NCBI GenBank assembly: GCA_046498225.1
Contig: JAWOBF010000071.1
Coordinates: forward strand, 1 to 12,473
Direction: 5' to 3'
DNA: 12,473 nt
Source: Candidatus Aegiribacteria sp.
GTDB taxonomy: Bacteria > Fermentibacterota > Fermentibacteria > Fermentibacterales > JCC-6
This document shows positions 1-6,930 of the stretch, piece after piece (the stretch's first letter is position 1; the number at the start of each line of letters is the position of its first letter). The notes beneath the pieces were generated by a model that saw only the letters and a program-made list of their open reading frames with translations, was not told where the DNA came from and did no database searches. Made by a program: the position numbers and the translations under genes.

Positions 1-1178
1 GATACTCCCGGTGGTTTTGTATTAACCTCATGCTCTATACCCAGGGAATCATGGTTGAACCAGCCAAAAGTTGGATAACCTCCGAGCACGGGTTCGGTCT
101 CTCCCTGGCTATAGATGATGTAGAGATTCCCTGCATCATCAACTATACCGTCGATGTATTTTACATCTTCAGGTTCCTCGTCGCTGTAATCGTAGGCCAC
201 CTGCCAATCCCTAAGGACATCACCATCCCCGTCAATCAGCATGTACAGTATTTGATCATCTGTTCCGTAATCGGTCCAGCAGAGATAATACTGGTTCGTT
301 TCTGGTAACCTACGAAGGATGAAGTGTACGGTTATGTGCATCACAGGTGGAAAATCAGAGACTATCACCTTCTCATCGATTAGTAATTCTCCAGTAGTCT
401 TATCCAGTTTCCAGAGCACATAACTGTCCGCAACATCCTCGACAACCATAAGGTTGCCATCCGGATCCAGGTTCAGTTCCGGATCACGACTGCATTCAGG
501 ATCTCCGGCAACGAAGTTAGTCAGAGGGATCACCGTGTTCCCCTCGAGGTCATACTGCAGGTATGAATAGTTATGCAGAACCGGATCCTGAACCACCACG
601 TGCACTCTGTCGCCGTCCACAAGCAGAACACCACCCGCATCAGCACCCTCGATCTTCCACTCATACTCCGTTATGAAGCCGGAGCCGGGGGCAGGTGTCC
701 ACACTGCGTAGTAAACTTCTGCACCATCGTTATACAGAACGTGCAGACGCCCCAGGCTGTCGGGACATGCCCGGATGTATGGATAGAGCGTATACGTTGT
801 AAAGAGATATGTGGCAGGAGTTATCTCGCTGCCATCTTCCAGGTTTCTGGCGGCGTAGTAGATGGGATCAAACTCCCTCCAGAAAGCCATCAGGCTGTCT
901 CCCATGATCAATTCTGAAAGATAGTAACTCTGTGTATCTCTTGAGATCATTGTCTCCGGATAGACAGTAGTTCCATCCAATAGAAACATCTTATAGGCTA
1001 TTCTGGATTCATCATTGAAACCTGCCCAAATAAGGTGAAACCTCCCCAGAGAATCCCTGTTGATGTACTGAATTCGTCTTATTGTATTGGCTGAATCGGT
1101 GACCAGGATCGGATCACTCCATCCGGGGCCAGGTGTGACTCCCTGGAAGGCGAGAAGAAGTAGGAGAAAGCCAGTCAT
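1..1178 (-). CDS. Secreted beta-propeller-like protein, partial (3' end runs off the window); possibly carries a T9SS-type C-terminal sorting domain beyond the edge
   Basis: Not in the ORF track because there is no stop in the window. The ATG at 1178-1176 overlaps the upstream TGA (ATGA). My translation is open to base 1: MTGFLLLLLAFQGVTPGPGWSDPILVTDS...DSLGRFHLIW...DSLGRLHVLY...DGDRVHVVVQ...DPDGNLMVV...DDAGNLYIIY...GWFNHDSLGIEHEVNTKPPGV. It has a hydrophobic N-terminus, and recurring D-x-x-G-x-(L/F)-H/Y-hydrophobic units look like propeller blades. The 'LGIE' linker resembles what precedes T9SS CTDs (inference). Confidence 0.85.
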   Translation of the reverse strand, partial: MTGFLLLLLAFQGVTPGPGWSDPILVTDSANTIRRIQYINRDSLGRFHLIWAGFNDESRIAYKMFLLDGTTVYPETMISRDTQSYYLSELIMGDSLMAFWREFDPIYYAARNLEDGSEITPATYLFTTYTLYPYIRACPDSLGRLHVLYNDGAEVYYAVWTPAPGSGFITEYEWKIEGADAGGVLLVDGDRVHVVVQDPVLHNYSYLQYDLEGNTVIPLTNFVAGDPECSRDPELNLDPDGNLMVVEDVADSYVLWKLDKTTGELLIDEKVIVSDFPPVMHITVHFILRRLPETNQYYLCWTDYGTDDQILYMLIDGDGDVLRDWQVAYDYSDEEPEDVKYIDGIVDDAGNLYIIYSQGETEPVLGGYPTFGWFNHDSLGIEHEVNTKPPGV

Positions 1179-4100
1179 TCGAGGACTCCTGTTCTACCGT
1201 GATCATGCTGGAACTGAGCCCATGGAGCATAACCGGTGGTGCAATCACCAAGTTCCCAGCAGTGAAGGAGTCCATCACTGGTGCCGAATACGATCTCTAT
1301 GCTTCCATCACGGTCGACATCAGCGATACCGAAGCCGCCTAGGGCAAATACATCCTCTGGAAGAACTATCGGGAAATCCGGGTTATCTAACAGATCTCCG
1401 TCTGAATCAAATGCAAACAATGAACAATCCCCAGCCAATATCGTGCAGAACAGAACATCAGAATAGCCATAGTCATCCAGATTACCCAGCGCAGTAGGGC
1501 TGATAAAAGAACCATACTCTGAACCTGAATATAGCTCTGTTGGCCAGCCACTCAGTTCAGCACCTTCATAGTTCCATGCAAGACATTGTATCTCTGAAGG
1601 AAGCACGAAGGCATCGGCACCTGGTTCTAGAGGATCCCAGTCAGCAAAGACACCGCACAGAAGATTTCCTGCATCAGTGTCTCCCTGATCACAATCGTAC
1701 ACCTGGACGGAACCATTGAATTCAACGAGCATAGCAGGGTCAGATGACCCAGATACGTAGCTTCCGAAGGAGTACCCTACTTCCTTCGTGCCAGCCAGCT
1801 CTCCAGCAGCTACGTACGAAACATAAGGTGATACTGTCCAGTCATTAGAATATGCTACAGTCTCGGATGCCCAGTCGTATACATCAAGGTACCGATCGAC
1901 ATTGCCTATGCCAAAACTATTGTAGCAGTAAACTACGTCTTCGTAAGAATTCCCGGTAAGATCGGCGCAGGCAAGCGACACACCGGACCAAAGACCGGAG
2001 GACTGGAGATCCTCGTCTTCTATATAGATGAATTCTTCCCTGGTCGAATGCCAGTAGTATAGCGCGATACATGCTCCATCCGCTGCACAGAGTTCCAGAC
2101 CTTCTGTCGGATGCATGTTTCCGACAACGAAGCAGTCCCATGACAGATCATCCACACAATCAAGTATGCTGCCGGTGGAGCTTACCACTTTGATCCCTTC
2201 GCTGGAGTCCAGAAGCAGTTCGATAGTTCCATCCTGATCAAGATCTGCAGCCATAGGGTGTTGAGCTGAGCTGAATCCCTGATCCTTGATCTTCCAGATC
2301 ACGGTACCATCGTTCTCGAAGGCTGTCAGGAAAGTACCCGTAAGAGCGACGATCTCCAGGTCCGGATCCTGGTCGAGATTGACAAGGACCGGCGTGGAGC
2401 CGACGATACCCTCTGCAGATACCGGCCATCCTTCCTCGGTCGGGTATGTATCGTTCAGCTGCACGCTGCATGATCCAGAGTTGTTGCCCCTCCAGCTGTC
2501 GTCGCATTCCTCCAGGTAGTCTGCCTCTATGGACACGGTCAACTCCATCGGCGGATCGAACCAGTTGGCGCAATCCCAGGTGTACTCGTATACAGCCTCT
2601 GCCCCGGCTTCAAGCTCGTCGCATTCGACTATCTCTGTCGAAGAGTTCTCTCCATGGCTGAAGACGATCCTTGCGTCGAATTCATCGGAATCCTGAGCCC
2701 CGTTGTTGCGGACGGTGAAGCTCATCGACAGTTCTGTCCCGGTTGAAGTTTCGTAAGGATAACCTGAAACAGTTATGTCACTTTCATGTATTACGAGATC
2801 ACAAGCGTTCGGGTATTTGATCCTGTCTGAGATGTCCAGGGCGGGATCACCGAGAAGATTGAACTGCCCCATTTCTCTTGGATAAGATCCGTTGATTTCC
2901 AAAAAGTCTTCATTATACTGAGTCCTTGCGGAAGCAATGGCATCCCCAAGCCTTCCGAAACCTCTGATGTAGACAGCTTCAAGAATACCCTTGCCGTAAT
3001 ACTCATAGTACCTGGTAACCGAAGACAGCGATCCGCAGAAGACGCCTGCCATAGGAACATCGGTGTTCTTCAGAAGTCTCTCGGCGATGCAGTCGCTACC
3101 GAAATCATATGCCGCTACCTGGGAGGTCGCATCATCGAAGTGGCATAATGTCAGATACGTCGGACGATCCTCATGATGATCGATCGTGTGATTGAATGTG
3201 CCGGATCCACAGCACAGCAGCAGCACAAAAGGGGGAGCATAGTCTTCAATAATGCTCAGGTACTCCTCGATCTGGTAATTGTTGAAAGTACTGTCCTGAG
3301 CACCTCTTGTGAGCGTATCCTGAGGTATGTAGATATGGAGCCATTCAAGACCGGCGCTCAACATGTGGAAATCACCGTGATTACTATAGAATGCTACTCC
3401 TGCACCCTTCCCGAATTCAGCCAGGCAGATGTCACGCCACTCATGGCTTGATAGGATGCTACCGTCCTTATCAATGAAATCCCTTCCGTCTCCGCAGTAG
3501 GTGGTTGAATAGTCGTACCCCATCCAGCCGGAGAAGTCCCGTGTCCATTGTTTGCTGGGTTCCCAGTTCTGATATGATTGATAGCCTGTGTCATCGTCTT
3601 CTCCGGTACCTGCAAGCCTGAGAATCCTTCTTCTGTAATCGGGCGTAGGTGGGTGCCCGGCGGGATCCTCAAGATCGATGAGATTCTGTATCATTATACT
3701 TAAGGTATCAGCCCACTCTCCGTTCTTAACAGATAATCTGCCGACCATCATATCCGGAAAATCGTTGTTAATGTCTCGATCGTGGTTGAAGTAGGCATAC
3801 CACTCATCGTTGCCGACCATATCCTGGCTGGCAGGGGTCGGGATCTCGTTCCAGGGATACTGGTGAGTGGGAAGGAACCATGGTGTGTCATAGTACGAAG
3901 CGTCTTCATGGTCTCCGATAAGCAGGAGATAGCCCGGCTTCTTCGTCGTAGGCTGCCCCCAGTTGACCCACATGTGCTCGGTGAAGTCCCGAATGATCTC
4001 ATCGGTGAGTACGGTGTCCGATCCTCCGAAGTCCTCCAGTATCGCATCCGTAGTAACCAGAGCCACGTCGAAACCGTTGAGGCTTACCCTGTGCTCGGCA

Positions 4101-4849
4101 AGAGAATCTATCGCGCCATCGCACTGGTCGTACAATCCAGAAGCGCAGATGATGAGATAATCAGGCATGCGGGTCGGACCTGTTTGGGGATCAACTTCTC
4201 CGAAGTATTCAGGATAAGGAGCATGTGTCTGAAGGACCGGATGGTAACCGATAATTGAAGACCTATCAACCATCCTCTGGAAAGGACCGAGACCGATGCT
4301 ACTCCATTCAGCAGATGCGCTGTCAAAGGAAATCGACACACTCAGCGTAGATACCGTTCTGAGAGTGCTGTCTGATGCCCTGTACTGAGCGGGGAACATC
4401 TGCACTTGTAAAAGCCTTTGATCACATATCCGGGTCTCACCGATGATCCTGACTCTCTCTGAGGGCCAGAACTCATCAGAAGAATAGGCAATTGAATCCT
4501 GAACGAAGGAATCCACAACGGCAGGTGTGCGCTCATAGGATAGTACCTGCGCAGGGGCGGGGAACACAGGATTGATAAACTGATCTCTCATATCGGAGAA
4601 TGCGTATTCAAGGTACGGTGTTACGCTGTCCGGGAAAGCTACCATGCAAGTGATCATGGGAAGCTCGGGATAACCTATACTGTCTGTGAGGTGAGAGTCT
4701 GTAAATCTGATATAACTCAGACTGTCGTACTCAACATCTTCCCATGAAACGGGAGTCTGAGCTATGAACGCTACCCTTGTACTGTCCGCAACTGTGGTAT
4801 GAATCGGCAGCATATCAGCCAATAGAACTAATAGTATTGTTGAAAGCAT
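1175..4849 (-). CDS. Secreted C25 (gingipain-family) cysteine peptidase with propeptide, CARDB-like Ig domain and C-terminal FG-GAP-like repeat propeller
   Basis: 1224 aa with signal peptide MLSTILLVLLA. Propeptide motif GYPELP. C25 motifs YLLLIGD, DEWYA...FPDMMVGRL, NHG (catalytic His codon 3377-3379), CCGSGTF (C-x-x-G-x-F, catalytic Cys codon 3209-3211) and FNLLGDPAL. CARDB-like DLVI...TVRNNG...W...GNN. Repeats NLDQDPDLEIV, DLDQDGTIELL, DLTGNSYEDVV, NLDDYGYSDVL and DVDRDGSIEIV. Ends WAQFQHDHGRTG. Confidence 0.9.
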   Translation of the reverse strand: MLSTILLVLLADMLPIHTTVADSTRVAFIAQTPVSWEDVEYDSLSYIRFTDSHLTDSIGYPELPMITCMVAFPDSVTPYLEYAFSDMRDQFINPVFPAPAQVLSYERTPAVVDSFVQDSIAYSSDEFWPSERVRIIGETRICDQRLLQVQMFPAQYRASDSTLRTVSTLSVSISFDSASAEWSSIGLGPFQRMVDRSSIIGYHPVLQTHAPYPEYFGEVDPQTGPTRMPDYLIICASGLYDQCDGAIDSLAEHRVSLNGFDVALVTTDAILEDFGGSDTVLTDEIIRDFTEHMWVNWGQPTTKKPGYLLLIGDHEDASYYDTPWFLPTHQYPWNEIPTPASQDMVGNDEWYAYFNHDRDINNDFPDMMVGRLSVKNGEWADTLSIMIQNLIDLEDPAGHPPTPDYRRRILRLAGTGEDDDTGYQSYQNWEPSKQWTRDFSGWMGYDYSTTYCGDGRDFIDKDGSILSSHEWRDICLAEFGKGAGVAFYSNHGDFHMLSAGLEWLHIYIPQDTLTRGAQDSTFNNYQIEEYLSIIEDYAPPFVLLLCCGSGTFNHTIDHHEDRPTYLTLCHFDDATSQVAAYDFGSDCIAERLLKNTDVPMAGVFCGSLSSVTRYYEYYGKGILEAVYIRGFGRLGDAIASARTQYNEDFLEINGSYPREMGQFNLLGDPALDISDRIKYPNACDLVIHESDITVSGYPYETSTGTELSMSFTVRNNGAQDSDEFDARIVFSHGENSSTEIVECDELEAGAEAVYEYTWDCANWFDPPMELTVSIEADYLEECDDSWRGNNSGSCSVQLNDTYPTEEGWPVSAEGIVGSTPVLVNLDQDPDLEIVALTGTFLTAFENDGTVIWKIKDQGFSSAQHPMAADLDQDGTIELLLDSSEGIKVVSSTGSILDCVDDLSWDCFVVGNMHPTEGLELCAADGACIALYYWHSTREEFIYIEDEDLQSSGLWSGVSLACADLTGNSYEDVVYCYNSFGIGNVDRYLDVYDWASETVAYSNDWTVSPYVSYVAAGELAGTKEVGYSFGSYVSGSSDPAMLVEFNGSVQVYDCDQGDTDAGNLLCGVFADWDPLEPGADAFVLPSEIQCLAWNYEGAELSGWPTELYSGSEYGSFISPTALGNLDDYGYSDVLFCTILAGDCSLFAFDSDGDLLDNPDFPIVLPEDVFALGGFGIADVDRDGSIEIVFGTSDGLLHCWELGDCTTGYAPWAQFQHDHGRTGVLE

Positions 4850-4870
4850 CAGAATCCCACCCGATCTTGA

Positions 4871-4897
4871 AGCATATCAACTTACTCTATCTGTCAA
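4871..4897 (-). promoter_or_regulatory. Possible proximal sigma70 promoter for the C25 gene
   Basis: On the minus strand: TTGACA (4897-4892), 15-bp spacer, extended -10 TGaTATGCT (hexamer 4876-4871). The spacer is short. Confidence 0.35.
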
Positions 4898-4901
4898 AAA
4901 G

Positions 4902-4930
4902 ATAATAGAATCAATCGCAAAGGAAGTCAA
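4902..4930 (-). promoter_or_regulatory. Candidate sigma70 promoter for the C25 operon
   Basis: On the minus strand: TTGACT (4930-4925), 17 bp, TATTAT (4907-4902), about 50 bp upstream of the ATG at 4849. Confidence 0.6.
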
Positions 4931-4934
4931 ACAA

Positions 4935-5103
4935 AGATCATACAGGATGATACATGAAAACTCATGGATCCCAGATGGCTTCCACTACAAGATGAAGATA
5001 ATCGTCAGAAGAGCGTATGGCTTCAGAAACTTCGAGAGTTATAGATTGAGAGCGTGCACTATGTGCCTGATTCGGAGAGATGCCCCGTTTATGGTGTAGA
5101 GCC
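4935..5103 (+). mobile_element. Degenerate ISL3-family IS remnant (transposase C-terminus plus right end)
   Basis: Frame 4974-5066 reads DGFHYKMKIIVRRAYGFRNFESYRLRACTMC, matching the ISL3 transposase C-terminal signature EGFxxKxxxIxRRAYGFRNFENYRLR. Upstream, AAA ACT CAT GGA -TC (KTHG) fits a frameshifted 'KTNGITEG'. The fragment ends ...ATGGTGTAGAGCC, the complement of the GGCTCT terminus typical of ISL3. The left boundary is approximate. Confidence 0.8.
5081..5103 (-). repeat. ISL3-type terminal inverted repeat (right end, partner not seen)
   Basis: The reverse complement reads GGCTCTACACCATAAACGGGGCA. It lies directly downstream of the transposase fragment, and ISL3 IRs typically begin GG(C/T)TCT. 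Confidence 0.65.
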
Positions 5104-5124
5104 TAAATCAGCCAAAGTGCAAGG

Positions 5125-5215
5125 TGGCGGAGGGGGTGGGATTCGAACCCACGGACCCCAAAAAGGGGTCAACGGTTTTCGAGACCGTCCCGTTCAACCG
5201 CTCCGGCACCCCTCC
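5125..5215 (-). tRNA. tRNA-Ser (anticodon CGA)
   Basis: Reverse complement: GGAGGGGTGCCGGAGCGGTTGAACGGGACGGTCTCGAAAACCGTTGACCCCTTTTTGGGGTCCGTGGGTTCGAATCCCACCCCCTCCGCCA (91 nt). Acceptor stem GGAGGGG/CCCCTCC, anticodon arm ACGGT-CTCGAAA-ACCGT, long variable arm GACCCC/GGGGTC, T-loop TTCGAAT, discriminator G, encoded CCA. Confidence 0.97.
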
Positions 5216-5225
5216 GCGGGACCGA

Positions 5226-5254
5226 AATATGCCCTGATGAATTGAATTAGGCAA
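5226..5254 (-). promoter_or_regulatory. Candidate promoter of tRNA-Ser
   Basis: On the minus strand: TTGCCT (5254-5249), 17 bp, CATATT (5231-5226), followed by a GC-rich TCGGTCCCGC discriminator-like stretch just before the tRNA 5' end. Confidence 0.45.
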
Positions 5255-5293
5255 GTGTGAGACGGTTATGCGGCATTTACATCGGGAACCAAA

Positions 5294-5324
5294 TACCACA
5301 TTGATATGCTATGAATATGTGGTA
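5294..5324. promoter_or_regulatory. Inverted repeat, candidate regulator binding site
   Basis: TACCACAT (5294-5301), 15 bp, ATGTGGTA (5317-5324): a perfect 8-bp inverted repeat abutting the predicted -35 of the ferredoxin operon. Confidence 0.45.
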
Positions 5325-5353
5325 CTGACATCAAAATATATGGTTGTTATAGT
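5325..5353 (+). promoter_or_regulatory. Candidate sigma70 promoter of the ferredoxin/beta-barrel operon
   Basis: CTGACA (5325-5330), 17 bp, TATAGT (5348-5353) with an extended -10 TG at 5345-5346. The RBS AAGGAG (5375-5380) precedes the TTG start at 5388. Confidence 0.65.
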
Positions 5354-5387
5354 TCATCGAATTCAGAAATCCTTAAGGAGAAGACAA

Positions 5388-6209
5388 TTGAACATTTCAT
5401 TCCCGATTGCTGCCGTCCTTGCTCTCACTCTCCTGATGGCATCCTGCCTTCCCGGGGACCAGGTGCCCGGGATAGGCCCTGAGTTCAGCTCCGACCTTAC
5501 CGTAGAGACCGGTGTCACTTACGGAGAAACGCTTCCCGGGGAAATGTCCGCCTTTACCCTGAGGTGGACGGCAACCGATGACGCCCAGTGGTACGACGTG
5601 AGGATATCCCCCCTGCCCATCGATGATTCCAACTGGCAGAACGCCCTCAGGATAGACTCCATTCCGGCTTCCGATACAACCGACATGGTTGCCTATGTTG
5701 AAGTTCAGCCTGAGGTCTTCGAGAACACCTGCATATCGTGCGGTCTCTGCGTGGACGCATGCCCCCAGGACGCGATGAGTCTCGAGGGAGGCAAGGCTGT
5801 AATAGATATGGACAAGTGCACTTCCTGTGGAGAATGTGTCCGAGTCTGCCCGGTGAACGCCATAACTGACAGCAGGTTCGGCCAGGGCTATTACTTCGCC
5901 ATCAGGGCCATGGGTTCGGGGAACACACAGTCTGAACTGGTCACCGCTCCCGGAAGTTACAGGCTGAGATATATGAACAACGCCGACTGGTGCGGGGACT
6001 GCGCATACGAATGCTTCATACTTATCGATTCCTGCGGTCCGGGCTGTCCCGTGGACGCTATCTGGTATACACCTGACTGGAACACTCCCGGGGAGGATTC
6101 CGGTCTTATTCACATCGATTATGACCTTTGCATAGACTGCGGCCAGTGCTTCATCCAGTGCCGCGAATTCGGATTATGGTCCATCATGAAGGAGGTAGTT
6201 GAAGAATGA
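5388..6209 (+). CDS. Predicted lipoprotein polyferredoxin: FN3-like domain with inserted 2x[4Fe-4S] ferredoxin plus a second C-terminal ferredoxin domain
   Basis: Start reassigned to TTG 5388 (RBS AAGGAG), 273 aa. Lipoprotein signal MNISFPIAAVLALTLLMAS-C (Cys codon 5445-5447). Cluster motifs CISCGLCVDACP, CTSCGECVRVCP, CGDCAYECFILIDSCGPGCP and CIDCGQCFIQC. FN3-like strands FTLRWTA...WYDVRIS...NWQNA and YYFAIRAMGSGNTQS. Confidence 0.85.
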   Translation: MNISFPIAAVLALTLLMASCLPGDQVPGIGPEFSSDLTVETGVTYGETLPGEMSAFTLRWTATDDAQWYDVRISPLPIDDSNWQNALRIDSIPASDTTDMVAYVEVQPEVFENTCISCGLCVDACPQDAMSLEGGKAVIDMDKCTSCGECVRVCPVNAITDSRFGQGYYFAIRAMGSGNTQSELVTAPGSYRLRYMNNADWCGDCAYECFILIDSCGPGCPVDAIWYTPDWNTPGEDSGLIHIDYDLCIDCGQCFIQCREFGLWSIMKEVVEE

Positions 6210-6700
6210 GAGTACTGATCCCTGCAGTACTTCTGCTGTCCGCCGCCGCGGTGCTCGGGTCCCTTGAATTCTGTCAGGACACCGGGGGCAGCATGATAGA
6301 ATGGGAACCCTTCGAGGGTGAGTACGAAATGCTGGTGCTCCGGGCTTCCGACACCGAGTATGACCCGGAGGACCCGGAATGGGGCGTTCCGCTGGCTACT
6401 GTGGACCCGGACGCCGAAGGGGTTTTTCCCCTGTCCGTTCAGCTTCCCGCCGCTTTCGTTGTGGACCCGTCCAAGTGCATCGCGGATAATATCTGCGTGA
6501 ACCAGTGCCCTACCGGGGCCATCTCCGTTGATGACGACGGCAAGGCGGTTATCGATGCCGATGCCTGCATCGCCTGCGGCATCTGTTCAGCTGTCTGTCC
6601 CGTGAACGCCATCTTCGCGCCGAACGCCGGCTTGTACTACGGTCTTTTCGGAGTTAATGGGGAGGGTGCGGAGGAGTTCATTCAGGGATATTCACAATGA
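6206..6700 (+). CDS. Exported FN3-like protein with inserted 2x[4Fe-4S] ferredoxin domain
   Basis: ATGA overlap with the previous gene and AAGGAGG upstream. Signal peptide MRVLIPAVLLLSAAAVLG. Motifs CIADNICVNQCP (Asp at the second ligand position) and CIACGICSAVCP. Flanking IEWEP...LVLR...W..LATV and YYGLFGVNGEGAE look FN3-like. Confidence 0.85.
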   Translation: MRVLIPAVLLLSAAAVLGSLEFCQDTGGSMIEWEPFEGEYEMLVLRASDTEYDPEDPEWGVPLATVDPDAEGVFPLSVQLPAAFVVDPSKCIADNICVNQCPTGAISVDDDGKAVIDADACIACGICSAVCPVNAIFAPNAGLYYGLFGVNGEGAEEFIQGYSQ

Positions 6701-6930
6701 CCCGGAGGACGGTAACCGTAATCGCCATTCTTCTCATACTCGCCGCGGCCGCCTTTGCTCAGACGGTTTACCGGGTTGATAAAGCGGCATGTACCGGCTG
6801 CGGTGACTGCGTATCCGTCTGCCCCGTTGACGCGGTAGAGATAATCGATGGTAAATCCCACATAGATCCTGAAAAATGCATAGGATGCGGATTCTGCCAG
6901 GGGGTGTGCAGCTATGACGCGATACGCTAG
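6697..6930 (+). CDS. Exported small 2x[4Fe-4S] ferredoxin
   Basis: ATGA overlap. Signal peptide MTRRTVTVIAILLILAAAAFA|Q with an A-x-A cleavage site. Motifs CTGCGDCVSVCP and CIGCGFCQGVCS. Confidence 0.9.
   Translation: MTRRTVTVIAILLILAAAAFAQTVYRVDKAACTGCGDCVSVCPVDAVEIIDGKSHIDPEKCIGCGFCQGVCSYDAIR

Noticed and set aside
5125..5215. Long-variable-arm tRNA as possible tRNA-Sec or suppressor
   Set aside because: The anticodon is CGA with a 7-bp acceptor stem, an ordinary tRNA-Ser. The TGA stops of the ferredoxin genes overlap the next start codons, so there is no sign of Sec read-through.
5054..5299. Short ORFs 5054-5245 (+) and 5108-5299 (-)
   Set aside because: They overlap the tRNA gene and are spurious translations.
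5301..5315. TTGAT...ATGAA as an FNR box
   Set aside because: The spacing is 5 rather than 4 and the second half-site mismatches ATCAA.
5268..5387. N-terminal extension of the 313-aa ORF including SLRRRQL, a possible Tat motif
   Set aside because: The extension overlaps the predicted promoter, and the Arg codons come from the Shine-Dalgarno sequence (AGGAGAAGA). TTG 5388 gives a clean lipoprotein signal.
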